DNA of 64,000 bases from Zhongshania sp. (GTDB lineage Bacteria > Pseudomonadota > Gammaproteobacteria > Pseudomonadales > Spongiibacteraceae): NCBI RefSeq assembly GCF_041584495.1, contig NZ_JBFHDY010000007.1, forward strand, positions 1,231-65,230, given 5' to 3'. Made by a program: the position numbers and the translations under genes. The notes under the pieces are model-generated. The model had not been told where the DNA came from and did no database searches. It saw only the letters and a program-made list of their open reading frames with translations. This document shows positions 1 through 8,872 of this stretch, piece by piece. How positions within the stretch are numbered: position 1 is the stretch's first letter; the number at the start of each line of letters is the position of its first letter.

Positions 1-409
1 CCTTAATATGATGAGTGCCCGCGATATTCATTTTGGGAACGATATCGACTAATACCAAGGCGCGGGCGATATCGGTGTCGCGACTACCAATCGCTAATAA
101 CGATGAAAGACCGCCGAGTGAGGCGCCCACCAGTATCGGTTTGTGGTCAAACATGGCGCAAAGGTTGATAATGTCGTCGGCAAAATCAGCTAGATGATAA
201 TTGCCGTCTTTCGCCCAATCGCTATGCCCGTGACCACGCATGTCTACGGTGGCGGCAAAATATCCTTTGGCGGCGAGTACTTCTAGTGCTTCGCCCCAAG
301 CATGACGAGTTTGTCCACCGCCATGAAAAAAGATAACGGCTTGATCGCTTGAATTTCCCGCAAAATCAATAGCTAATCTCATGTTGTTGCTGATTTGTAG
401 CTTGATCAT
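1..409 (-). CDS. Alpha/beta fold hydrolase, 5' part (runs off the window start)
   Basis: Manual translation from ATG at 409: MIKLQISNNMRLAIDFAGNSSDQAVIFFHGGGQTRHAW...DMRGHGHSDW...LVGASLGG. Contains the HGGG oxyanion motif, DxRGHGxS and the GxSxG nucleophile elbow. Absent from the ORF track because it is truncated. Confidence 0.9.
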   Translation of the reverse strand, partial: MIKLQISNNMRLAIDFAGNSSDQAVIFFHGGGQTRHAWGEALEVLAAKGYFAATVDMRGHGHSDWAKDGNYHLADFADDIINLCAMFDHKPILVGASLGGLSSLLAIGSRDTDIARALVLVDIVPKMNIAGTHHIK

Positions 410-503
410 AGTCAAATACTCTGTCGCTTCATATTTAAGGTGCGTGGCATTGTAGCGCTAAAAGGACCATTTTAAAGTGGCGGATGACGAAGTGGGGCTG
501 TAA

Positions 504-806
504 ATGTGGCATTACACGGCGGTAGACGGTTTTGGGCATGGACAATGCAAAGAAATAACACAGGCGGAGGTGTTTTAAGTGGCCAAGGCATCGGAGCCTC
601 GGGCGCTGCCCACCAGTACCGAGCATGGTCTGCTGCATATTGGGCAAGTGGTTCAGGTTGCACCACTCGACTACGGTGTGGTGCCAATCACTAGAACGCT
701 AGCGGCGGTCACTGAGAATCGTATTATTGTCGCTTGGCAAAGTAGCGAATTTGGAACACTGCATGTTCACTGTCTCTGCGCGGGCTATTTACTGACTGCG
801 GGATGA
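504..806 (+). pseudogene. C-terminal remnant of a glutathione S-transferase family gene
   Basis: One frame reads WHYTAVDGFGHGQCKEITQAEVF*VAKASEP...QVAPLDYGVVPI...GTLHVH. This resembles the GFGHG...DYGxxP...GxVHVHFPR tail of proteobacterial GST-family proteins as I recall it. In-frame stops at 501-503 and 576-578; no N-terminal domain. Confidence 0.55.
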
Positions 807-834
807 TCGACGGTGACGTGGTTCAGTGGTCTAT

Positions 835-879
835 GGATGCCGGATCAAGTCCGGCATGACGACTTGTGCAGTCATGCCG
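835..879 (-). repeat. CGTC-tagged REP-like palindrome plus a truncated inverted partner
   Basis: Minus strand reads CGTCATGCCGG-ACTTGAT-CCGGCATCC (835-861). A partial opposite copy, GTCATGCCG, lies at 871-879 just beyond the DUF2959 gene stop. Confidence 0.75.
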
Positions 880-905
880 TGTTTAAGCGTTTACCGTCTC
901 CCGTC

Positions 906-1547
906 TTACTTCAGCTGCTTAATAAAGGCATCCGATTCCCGAATGGCTTTTTTCATCGCGTCAATGAGCTGCTGAACATCGCGGTCTATTCCCGCCAGTT
1001 CACCCTTCAGCGCGCCAATCGCCGAGGCGTTTAAATTGTGCTTGAGATACAGCACATTATCCCGCAGGGCGTTGAGTACAGGGTCTATACTCTTTTCGGC
1101 GCGACGCATTGATTTAATTAACGCAGTGTACTGGCGTTTGGTGGTTTGTAGCTTATTGGCGCTGTCAGTGCGTAGGCGGGCATTGGTGTATAGCTTGAGC
1201 TCCTCTTGCCACTCATCGAACAGCGCCTCGGCAACCGACTCGATTTTATTAATTCTATCCGTCACTTCCTTGGCGGCGGCTTCGCTGTCTTCAAACTCAC
1301 TGTTTAGGCGATTGTAGTGGGTTTCTAAATTGCCGCCGTCAAAACTCACCACCGATCTAAATTCACTCAGGGCGTCTTTAAATTGCTCTTGTGCTTCCTC
1401 TTGGGCTTCTTTAGCTTCACCGACCCGTTCAACTAATATGTCACGTTTGTGAACGCCTACTTTCTCCATGGCGTTGTAATAGGTCGATTCACAACCACTC
1501 ATCGAGATCATGGCGGTGGTGGCAAGCAGCAGCATTAAAAAACGCAT
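906..1547 (-). CDS. DUF2959 family lipoprotein (coiled-coil)
   Basis: Start MRFLMLLLATTAMISMSGC carries a lipobox; YYNAMEKVGVHKRDILVERV and LRDNVLYLKHNLNA are typical DUF2959 motifs. Start moved downstream of the ORF-track start. Confidence 0.85.
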   Translation of the reverse strand: MRFLMLLLATTAMISMSGCESTYYNAMEKVGVHKRDILVERVGEAKEAQEEAQEQFKDALSEFRSVVSFDGGNLETHYNRLNSEFEDSEAAAKEVTDRINKIESVAEALFDEWQEELKLYTNARLRTDSANKLQTTKRQYTALIKSMRRAEKSIDPVLNALRDNVLYLKHNLNASAIGALKGELAGIDRDVQQLIDAMKKAIRESDAFIKQLK

Positions 1548-1628
1548 GGGGTGTCCTAAAGCATGATTGGTATAGCGCTTAATGGTAGCCTGCATGCTGG
1601 GGTGCGGCAAATTTATGGCTGTTTGATG

Positions 1629-2711
1629 TTATGGAGATGGTTGCGCTCCCGCTGCAGCGCTGATTTTTTCGTCATCGAGGAACCCTAAACGCCGTGCGCG
1701 CTTGGCCCATAATTCCCGTGCCAAGGTTTGCATATGTTCGGTAGTATCGGTTTCATCAACAATTTGCATACCCAGCATGGTTTCAATTAAATCCTCCACG
1801 GTCACTAGGCCCATTACGCTGCCGTATTCGTTGACGACTAGCGCCATTTGCGCGCGCATTTCGATCATATTTTGTAGCAACTCCGAGGTGGGCAAGGAAT
1901 CCGGTACTACAAATAATTCGCGCTTTAGGGTGCTTAGCAGCGCCTCTGGCTCGCGGCTGACGGCGAGCATTAGTTCGTCTTTACGAATATAACCCGTAAT
2001 ATTGTCGGCATCGCCGGCATAGATTGGGATTCGCGAAAACAATATCGCCTTATTATTCTCAACTACCGACTTCACCTTGGCGTCTTCCGCCAAACTAAAA
2101 ATGACCAGTCGCGGGGTCATTACGTCTCGGGCCTGAAGGGAGCGAAAGCGAATTAAACTAGTGACTGCATCCGCTTCTTCTTGATCTAAAATTCCTTCGC
2201 TAACGGCAACTTCGGCGAGCGCAACAAATTCTTCGCGGCTAATGGAATGGGCGCTATCACCGTGCGATAACAAATTGGTGATTCCCTGTGCCATAACCAC
2301 CAAGGGGTACATAGACCACATTACACCGCGTAGAATAATCGCGCACAACGGCGCGAGCTTACGCCAATATAAGGCGCCAAGTGTTTTAGGAATAATTTCA
2401 GAAACAATTAAAATAAGCAGGGTTAACACCGCAGAAATAACACCGAAATAAACTTCACCAAACAAGGTTGTTGCCTGGGCGCCAGCGCCAGCGGCACCGA
2501 CGGTATGGGCGATGGTGTTCAAACTTAGAATCGCGGCAAGGGGGCGGTCGATATCCGTTTTGTATTCACGCCACAAAACCCCATTTTTATGTCCACGACG
2601 TTCATCGGCGGCGATATACGAGGGAGTGACACTTAGTAATACCGCCTCTAATACCGAGCATAAAAAAGACACGCTCAAGGCAATACCAATATAAACCAGT
2701 AATAAAATCAT
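1629..2711 (-). CDS. CNNM/DUF21 + CBS-pair membrane protein (hemolysin/CorC-like)
   Basis: SFLCSVLEAVLLS, AAILSLNTIAHTVGA and SEIIPKTLG (CNNM domain); VMTPR, FSRIPIY and VNEYGSVMGLVTVEDLIE (CBS pair). Confidence 0.92.
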   Translation of the reverse strand: MILLLVYIGIALSVSFLCSVLEAVLLSVTPSYIAADERRGHKNGVLWREYKTDIDRPLAAILSLNTIAHTVGAAGAGAQATTLFGEVYFGVISAVLTLLILIVSEIIPKTLGALYWRKLAPLCAIILRGVMWSMYPLVVMAQGITNLLSHGDSAHSISREEFVALAEVAVSEGILDQEEADAVTSLIRFRSLQARDVMTPRLVIFSLAEDAKVKSVVENNKAILFSRIPIYAGDADNITGYIRKDELMLAVSREPEALLSTLKRELFVVPDSLPTSELLQNMIEMRAQMALVVNEYGSVMGLVTVEDLIETMLGMQIVDETDTTEHMQTLARELWAKRARRLGFLDDEKISAAAGAQPSP

Positions 2712-2819
2712 GCTAATACCAGTGTGCAGAAAGAACTTGATTGCCGCATTGCTGGCTAGCAAAGTCAAGGCTTAGTGCTAGAGCCAATGCTAAGCTTAAC
2801 AGGTCTAGAGGAAGCCATT

Positions 2820-2858
2820 TGCAACAGCGCTACTAATGGATATAGTAGCGCTGTTGCA
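2820..2858. repeat. Perfect 16-bp inverted repeat with no U-tract
   Basis: TGCAACAGCGCTACTA-atggata-TAGTAGCGCTGTTGCA, between the DMT pseudogene 3' end and the CNNM gene start. Confidence 0.8.
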
Positions 2859-2880
2859 GGGTATTAGGCGTGCGGTTTGC

Positions 2881-3634
2881 TCATAATAAAAGTGCCATGC
2901 CACCCAGTACGGCAATTGAGGCTAAGCGAAAACGTAGCGTTATTGCCTCGTCCAAGAATAGTACCCCACCGAGTGCGGCAAGTCTTGGTAGGCTTAATTG
3001 AATCGTTGCGGCGTGACTCGCGGGCAGGGTGGGTAGGACCGCATACCATAATGTGTCACCCAGCCCTGAGGCCAAGGTGCTAGATGCGGCGGCATAGGCT
3101 AAGCTAAGGCTAATCACCGGCTGTGAATCACGCATAAGTAAAAAGGACGATGGCAAAGGGAGTAGCGCGCAGGGAGTGACCGGCAGTCGCGACGCTTGGT
3201 TAACGAGCGCTGCGTTCCAGCAGAGAATACGCCCCCCAGCAAACCCCGGCGGTGATCATAATAATCGCGCAGAGCAAGGGTGGCGCTTCGACACCGGCCA
3301 GTATCAGCCAAATAAGCCCAGCGCTGGCGGTAATAGTACCACTAATTTGCAGGTGACTAAGGGGTTCGCCGCGTCATAAGCCATAGCCGATCATCGTTGT
3401 TTGCACCGCACCAAACAATGCAGCGGCCGTTAGCCAGCTGCCGCCAAGGGTGTAGCGGTGAAATTGGATGAGTAACAGCATGCTGAGTACCAGTGCACCG
3501 GCAACGATGCGCACTAAGGTAAAACTAGACGCGTCGATATGGCCTGCAGCCAACGCTGCGCGGCACAGCAGTGAATTAGCCGCAAACGCCATCATGGTAA
3601 TTGGAGTAAGGGACGCTAAACGCAGGCGCGACAT
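2881..3634 (-). pseudogene. DMT/EamA family transporter, disrupted
   Basis: MMAFAANSLLCRAAL...GAVQTTMIGYGL*RGEPL has TGA in place of a Trp codon at 3374-3376. At least one frameshift pair near 3230-3150. The segment normally found between ALF and GAVQ is missing. The C-terminal LGGVLFLDEAITLR motif is in ORF 2881-3156. Confidence 0.85.
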
Positions 3635-3887
3635 TATTGTGTCCCATTGCATGAGAGTAGACGGCGTCGTTCGCGCCAGACCAACAGTTTACTGAATTCA
3701 TCGCGGGGGGTAGTTAAATTTTTAGATTAATTTGAGATGGGCACGCCGCACAGCCGCAAATTAAAGCCACGTTATAGGTGGTGATTACGTAATACTGACG
3801 CGATATGCGTTACAGTCTTCATCCTGTGTTTAATCGTTTCTATGCTGGCCGACGGCGCCCATCAATAAAAATCTCAAGGACGTGCGT

Positions 3888-4724
3888 ATGGACCGTTTAA
3901 AAGCGCTATTTATCTCAACGTGGATGAGCTTGCTCATGGTAGGCGCAGCGCGCAGTGCCTGGGCAATTTACCAGGACCCTAATGCAGTAGCATGGTATTG
4001 GGCTTTGCTATGCATGCTAACGCCCCTATCCTTTTTTGCGTGGGTGTTTATCGCTAATGTCGCTCGCACGCAAATCGCTAGCAAAGTGGTTTTAGGAGTG
4101 ACTCTGCTTACGTTGCTCGGCGCGTTGTTGTCGCCAATAATTTTTGAAACCTTGGCGTGGATACTCGGTGCAGGGCTAATAGGAACCGCTTTGTACGAGT
4201 GGTGGTACTCCAGTTTTGGTGGCAGGCACAGTGACATACTGACTGTTGGTCAAACACTGCCAAACTTAGAATTTATTAATGATGCTGGTATGCAGCTTAA
4301 ACCTCACGAACTGAATAAGCCCTTGCTCATGATTTTTTATCGCGGCAATTGGTGTCCACTGTGTATGGCGCAGATAAAAGAAATTGCCGGGCAATATCGC
4401 GTCCTGGCCGACAAAGGCGTGGAGATTCTGCTCATTAGTCCTCAGTCGCAGGGTCATACCGCCGATCTGGCTCAGCGCTTTGACGCGCCAATGCGCTTTT
4501 TGGTAGATCGAGATAGCGCGATGGCGAAACGCCTCGGCATTGCCGTCCCCAATGGCTTACCGATGGGCATGGAGGTGCTGGGCTATGATAGCGACACCGT
4601 GATGCCCACCGTCATCATGACTGACGCCACGGGTAAACTTTTGTTTGCGGATCTTACCGATAATTATCGGTTAAGACCTGAGCCGGAAACATTTCTTAAG
4701 GTGTTCTCTCAGGCGGGAATCTGA
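3888..4724 (+). CDS. Membrane-anchored peroxiredoxin-like (AhpC/TSA, redoxin) protein
   Basis: About four N-terminal hydrophobic helices, then a thioredoxin-fold domain with FYRGNWCPLC (CxxC). AAGGA RBS 7 nt before the ATG at 3888. Confidence 0.8.
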   Translation: MDRLKALFISTWMSLLMVGAARSAWAIYQDPNAVAWYWALLCMLTPLSFFAWVFIANVARTQIASKVVLGVTLLTLLGALLSPIIFETLAWILGAGLIGTALYEWWYSSFGGRHSDILTVGQTLPNLEFINDAGMQLKPHELNKPLLMIFYRGNWCPLCMAQIKEIAGQYRVLADKGVEILLISPQSQGHTADLAQRFDAPMRFLVDRDSAMAKRLGIAVPNGLPMGMEVLGYDSDTVMPTVIMTDATGKLLFADLTDNYRLRPEPETFLKVFSQAGI

Positions 4725-4749
4725 GAATACACAATTGTAGGGCGAAAGA

Positions 4750-5445
4750 TTATTCCAACGCGGCGAGCCAAGAGCGGCCCCCGAGTTTGCGTTGCTGACC
4801 AAGATTCCAATTGGCGCGCGCAATCAAATGTGGCGCTGGTGCGGCAGGATTGTACTTGCGGGGGCTTGGCAAGCTGGAGGCTAACAGTGCCGACTGCCAG
4901 TGGTTTAACTGTGACGCGTTAATGCCAAAGTGATGCCGGCTGGCGGCGCCAACACCAAACACCCCGTCGCCCCATTCGGCGATATTTAAATAAATTTCTA
5001 AAATGCGTTGCTTCGGCCAGCACAATTCGACGAGTCCTGTGAACCAAACTTCCAAGCCTTTGCGTAGCCAGCTGCGATCCGTCCACAGGTACATATTGCG
5101 GGCGACCTGCTGGCTGATGGTACTGGCGCCGCGCAAACTGCCACGCCTTTCCCGGTCGGCAAAGGCCTTTTGAATTGCCTTTATATCAAAGCCATAATGA
5201 TTGGGAAAATTCTGGTCTTCAGACACAACTGCGGCTAGTGCGGCATGGCGGGGTATTTCATTCCAGCTTAGCCACCGCTTGTCGAGGTGGTAGTGGGTGC
5301 CGCGCTGCTGCCAGCTGCGCTCTAGCATTACCATGCTAATCGGTGGGTCAATCCACCGAAAGGGCAATACTAAGGCAACACTGAACAACACCAATATCAG
5401 CAAGCTGCGCCAAAGCAGTCGCGCAAATCTGCTCTTTTTAGCCAT
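4750..5445 (-). CDS. mtgA: Monofunctional biosynthetic peptidoglycan transglycosylase
   Basis: GT51 motifs SEDQNF, GASTISQQVARNMYLW, RKGLE and IYLNIAEWGDGVFG; N-terminal TM anchor. Confidence 0.95.
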   Translation of the reverse strand: MAKKSRFARLLWRSLLILVLFSVALVLPFRWIDPPISMVMLERSWQQRGTHYHLDKRWLSWNEIPRHAALAAVVSEDQNFPNHYGFDIKAIQKAFADRERRGSLRGASTISQQVARNMYLWTDRSWLRKGLEVWFTGLVELCWPKQRILEIYLNIAEWGDGVFGVGAASRHHFGINASQLNHWQSALLASSLPSPRKYNPAAPAPHLIARANWNLGQQRKLGGRSWLAALE

Positions 5446-5589
5446 CACTTATTCCATAAAGAATTCTGCTTGCCCCATTTATACAGGGAAAGATCGGGGA
5501 TAATCTAGCGAATGCTCAGACGAATGTTTTGGATATTAGTTTCACCGTCCGTTTCCTTTCAGTGTTAAGTGGACTCTCGAACGTCAACC

Positions 5590-5736
5590 TCGCCATACCG
5601 ATGCTTGAGGCAGCTGCCGCGAGCTGTCTTGTTATACCGGCTTCCATGCAGGAATCCTCTACCTCTCTTGTCATACCGGCCCCGAGCAGGTATCCGCTGC
5701 GCCCCTCCCGTCATACCGGCCCCAGAGCCGATATCC
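5590..5736 (+). repeat. Tandem array of four degenerate CGTC/GTCAT-type REP units, 39-40 bp period
   Basis: Cores GYYATACCG start at 5592, 5631, 5670 and 5710. Best units are GTCATACCGGCCCCGAGCAGGTATCC and CGTCATACCGGCCCCAGAGCCGATATCC, with hairpin ATACCGGC..GCCGGTAT in the consensus. Confidence 0.75.
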
Positions 5737-5805
5737 ATGATTGTGGCAGTGGCGTAGTTCAATGGCGAATGGCTGCGGTATTACGTCCGGCCGGGCAAGA
5801 AAACG

Positions 5806-6531
5806 TTATTCGCCCTTCACACAAACATATACGGAGTTTGTCGATTCGCCATTCTGAAACGGATTATAAAAAGAGACCACGTGGGAAGTGACGGTAGCAA
5901 ATACTGTTTTCAATAAGGCCTCAAAGGGTTCTTCTGGGAGGTTTTGCGACCACATGGCAAATACGCCATTGGACTTAAGTTGATCGGCCATGAGCGAGAG
6001 ATTTTCGGTGGAATAAAAGCTGGCGTTGGCGGCGTTCAAGAATTCAGTAGGGGAGTGGTCAATGTCTAAGAGAATGGCGTCGAACTTCTTACCGGCATGT
6101 TGGGGGTCAAAGCTTGTGCTAGGATCCGTGGCTAGGTCGAAAAAGCTGCCGAGGACATAGCGATTTCGTATGTCGACGTTGAGTATTTTTCCCAGCGGCA
6201 CCAGCTCGTCTTTATGCCAGCCGACAACAGTCGCGAGTGCGTCGATCACTAGTAGTTCGCTAATGCGTTGGTCTTTGAGCGCTTCTACGGCGGTGTAGCC
6301 TAGCCCTAAGCCGCCTACAACCACGCTTAAATTATGGCCCTGAACGGCGGCTAAGCCAAGGCGAGATAAAGCCTCCTCAGCATCGACAAACATGCTCGAC
6401 ATGAGAAACTCATCGCCAAGCTTAACCTCATAAATGTCTCTGTCGCCAAAAGCAGGAATACGCCGTTTCCGTAGGGATATTTCTCCTAGGGGCGAGGCTT
6501 GGCTATCAATTTCTTCAAATAATAATGGCAT
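5806..6531 (-). CDS. Spermidine-synthase-like class I SAM-dependent methyltransferase
   Basis: VVVGGLGLGYT (SAM motif I), FDAILLDIDHSP and GVFAMWS. Confidence 0.85.
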   Translation of the reverse strand: MPLLFEEIDSQASPLGEISLRKRRIPAFGDRDIYEVKLGDEFLMSSMFVDAEEALSRLGLAAVQGHNLSVVVGGLGLGYTAVEALKDQRISELLVIDALATVVGWHKDELVPLGKILNVDIRNRYVLGSFFDLATDPSTSFDPQHAGKKFDAILLDIDHSPTEFLNAANASFYSTENLSLMADQLKSNGVFAMWSQNLPEEPFEALLKTVFATVTSHVVSFYNPFQNGESTNSVYVCVKGE

Positions 6532-6620
6532 GCTGTTTGTCCTAATGATCTAAGTTGCTCGCGTCGTTCATTTGACAAACGCGTGGTATTGGTAGATATC
6601 GCACGATCAGCATGGTGCCG

Positions 6621-7418
6621 CTAACGGTATTCCATTCCCGCCGAAATACGGTTAAATAAGCGCGGAAAGAAACGCTTAATTGTTGGTGCAAGCGCGCTAA
6701 TTCCTTTGCCGATGATAATTTCGTCACGGTCTTTAATCATCGCGTGAATAATCTCTTGCGCGCACTGCTCGACAGGCATGCCATTGATGATCGACTCGTC
6801 ATCTTTATTCTGGGCCTCACCATTACCATTTAATGCATTCACTGCAATATTGGTTTTAATTGAGCCTGGGCATACCGTAAGGCAATAAATACCGTGCTGT
6901 GCGGTTTCGGCACGTAAGCAATCCATAAAGCCCACTACCGCATATTTGGAGCCAGAGTAGCCGGTACGCAATTTAGAACCGACCTTGCCAGCAACGCTGC
7001 TAATGCTAACAATCATCCCTTCGTGTTGCGCAATCATTGCCGGTAACACCGCTTTAGTCATTGCCACCGTGCCGAGGTAGTTGACCTCCATTAATTGGCG
7101 ATAAACAGCTAGATCGGTATCAACAAATAGTGAGCGCTGCGAGATACCGCCGTTATTAATTAAAATATGCACAGGGCCAATGGCGCCAAGCTGCGTCTGT
7201 ACCATGTTAATCAGACTGTCGGCATCCGCTAAATCCAGCGGCACCACCCAATGTCGATCGATACCTCCGGGTAGCGATTCTGCTAATTCAGCTAAGGTCT
7301 CCTTACGGCGGGCAGACAACACCAATCTGGCGCCGCGCTGTGCAAGTTGTTTACACAGGGCCATGCCAATGCCAGAGCTAGCACCCGTGACCCAAATGGT
7401 TTTACTATCAATATCCAT
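6621..7418 (-). CDS. Short-chain dehydrogenase/reductase (DHRS7-like)
   Basis: TGASSGIG cofactor motif, NNGG, and catalytic YSGSK (YxxxK). Confidence 0.93.
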   Translation of the reverse strand: MDIDSKTIWVTGASSGIGMALCKQLAQRGARLVLSARRKETLAELAESLPGGIDRHWVVPLDLADADSLINMVQTQLGAIGPVHILINNGGISQRSLFVDTDLAVYRQLMEVNYLGTVAMTKAVLPAMIAQHEGMIVSISSVAGKVGSKLRTGYSGSKYAVVGFMDCLRAETAQHGIYCLTVCPGSIKTNIAVNALNGNGEAQNKDDESIINGMPVEQCAQEIIHAMIKDRDEIIIGKGISALAPTIKRFFPRLFNRISAGMEYR

Positions 7419-7490
7419 CTCTCTTCCTCAAAGGCTTAGCTGGGGCGTAATTGTTATTTGGCTATAATGAGTAGCAACTAAATGGGTTGC

Positions 7491-7856
7491 TTAGCTATTG
7501 CCCTTAACTTTAGCGATAATGGCTGCAAGCTCTGGGGTTACCGGCATCACTTTAATCGGGCTTACATTACTACCTCCAGTGTTACCTTCTGGGATACGGT
7601 TAATCGCGGTCAAAGCTGCTGCACCTACAATTCGCAGCAGTTGACCTAATATTTCGTTACCGTCACGCTGTTTTATTCCCCAGTGCAACATTAATAGGTG
7701 CACCTTAACATGCCAATAGGTTGAGGCTTGGCCAAGTACATGGGCGTTCTCTAGATGCGTAAATGCCAATGCATAATCGCCGGATCGCCGTAACTGATCT
7801 GCTTGACGCAGTTCAGCCTCAACATAGGGCGCTATACCGTATGCAAACTTACTCAT
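7491..7856 (-). CDS. DUF3703 family protein
   Basis: AFTHLENAHVLGQ...HVKVH...GNTGGSNVSPIKVMP pattern typical of DUF3703. Confidence 0.8.
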   Translation of the reverse strand: MSKFAYGIAPYVEAELRQADQLRRSGDYALAFTHLENAHVLGQASTYWHVKVHLLMLHWGIKQRDGNEILGQLLRIVGAAALTAINRIPEGNTGGSNVSPIKVMPVTPELAAIIAKVKGNS

Positions 7857-8358
7857 TGCTATTCTTGCTCGCGAGCTGCTTACGCTTATGACTTAAGACA
7901 TATTGATGGTGAGAGAAGTTGTCGCCCTTGGCGAGCCGGTCATACAGCACCACATTAACTGTGGCGGCTAAATTCATACAACCCTCTGTGGGAATATAGA
8001 CAATGTCTTGGCAAAGGTCAGTGATTTCCTTTTTAAGGCTGCCGTCTTCTGGGCCAAAAATATAAAAGGCTTGAGCGGGGTGCTTGTAGCTGGTCAGTGA
8101 CTTAGCACCTTTGACAAGCTCTACGGCGACGGGCACGCAGCCTAGAGGAATAATATCCATTAGGTCTTTAACACCAATCAGCGGAATTTTTTCATAGACC
8201 TTTTTGGTGTCGGTGTAAAAGGGCTTGGCGCGATTGTAGCGTACGCCGGTATAAAACACGGAATTAACACCATAGCAACCAGCCGCTCGCATCACCGAGC
8301 CGACGTTTTCAACAGATTTTGGATTGAACAAGCCAATGCAGGCGTAGTTATTTTTCAT
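7849..8358 (-). CDS. SpoU/TrmH-family RNA methyltransferase
   Basis: NPKSVENVGSVMRAAGCYG, YIFGPEDG and CMNLAATVNVVLYDR (SPOUT motifs). Confidence 0.92.
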   Translation of the reverse strand: MKNNYACIGLFNPKSVENVGSVMRAAGCYGVNSVFYTGVRYNRAKPFYTDTKKVYEKIPLIGVKDLMDIIPLGCVPVAVELVKGAKSLTSYKHPAQAFYIFGPEDGSLKKEITDLCQDIVYIPTEGCMNLAATVNVVLYDRLAKGDNFSHHQYVLSHKRKQLASKNSNE

Positions 8359-8600
8359 AGGATTTACACAGTCGTGCTAAAGTAAAGTCGATAACATAAG
8401 GGAATGCCTTGTTCGTAGCGGCGTCTTAGAGGCAGGTGTAATGATGGCACTTTTTGGGGTGGTTTTGGGGAAAAAGAAGTAAGCAAGAAATTCGCTGCGC
8501 TCACATGGTTACCTGCCTACGTAGGTAAGACGAATTTTTAGCCATGATGAAAAACGCCTACATCTTCGCAGCTAAAACGATTGTCTCAGTATATCCACAC

Positions 8601-8627
8601 CGTCTCCCCTGCGAAGGCAGGGGCCCA
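8601..8627 (+). repeat. CGTC-tagged REP-like palindrome
   Basis: CGTCT-CCCCTGC-GAAG-GCAGGGG-CCCA in the 515-bp intergenic region between the divergent SpoU and DASS genes. Confidence 0.7.
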
Positions 8628-8872
8628 TCGTTACGACGAAGCATTAGCTAGCAGCTGAGATTAAACTCGCTGGCGAAGCGCGCAAGGTTTTGATGAGTTT
8701 CGTTGCCATTGACGGCGGAAAAAGGCTAGCAATAATATGCCACAGTCAGCCTGAGGGCGCAGGTTAGCGACTATTTGGTCGGTCACGCCATAAGCAAAAA
8801 ATTCCCCCCACCGGCATCTGGTCTATACTGTAAATCTGCCTTTGCCATTTATCCTAAAGACCAGAACGCTTC

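Noticed and set aside
5590-5736. Possible mini-CRISPR array
   Set aside because: Linkers are only ~11-14 nt, the units are degenerate and match REP-like palindromes seen elsewhere in the window, and there is no leader or cas gene.
5529-5891. ORFs 5529-5891 (+), 5569-5757 (+) and 5565-5762 (-) as genes
   Set aside because: They are open because of the GC-rich ~39-bp repeat; no RBS or family motif, and one overlaps the methyltransferase antisense.
8727-8742. Sigma54-like TGGCAT..TTGC on the minus strand
   Set aside because: GG-to-GC spacing is one base short of the strict -24/-12 requirement.
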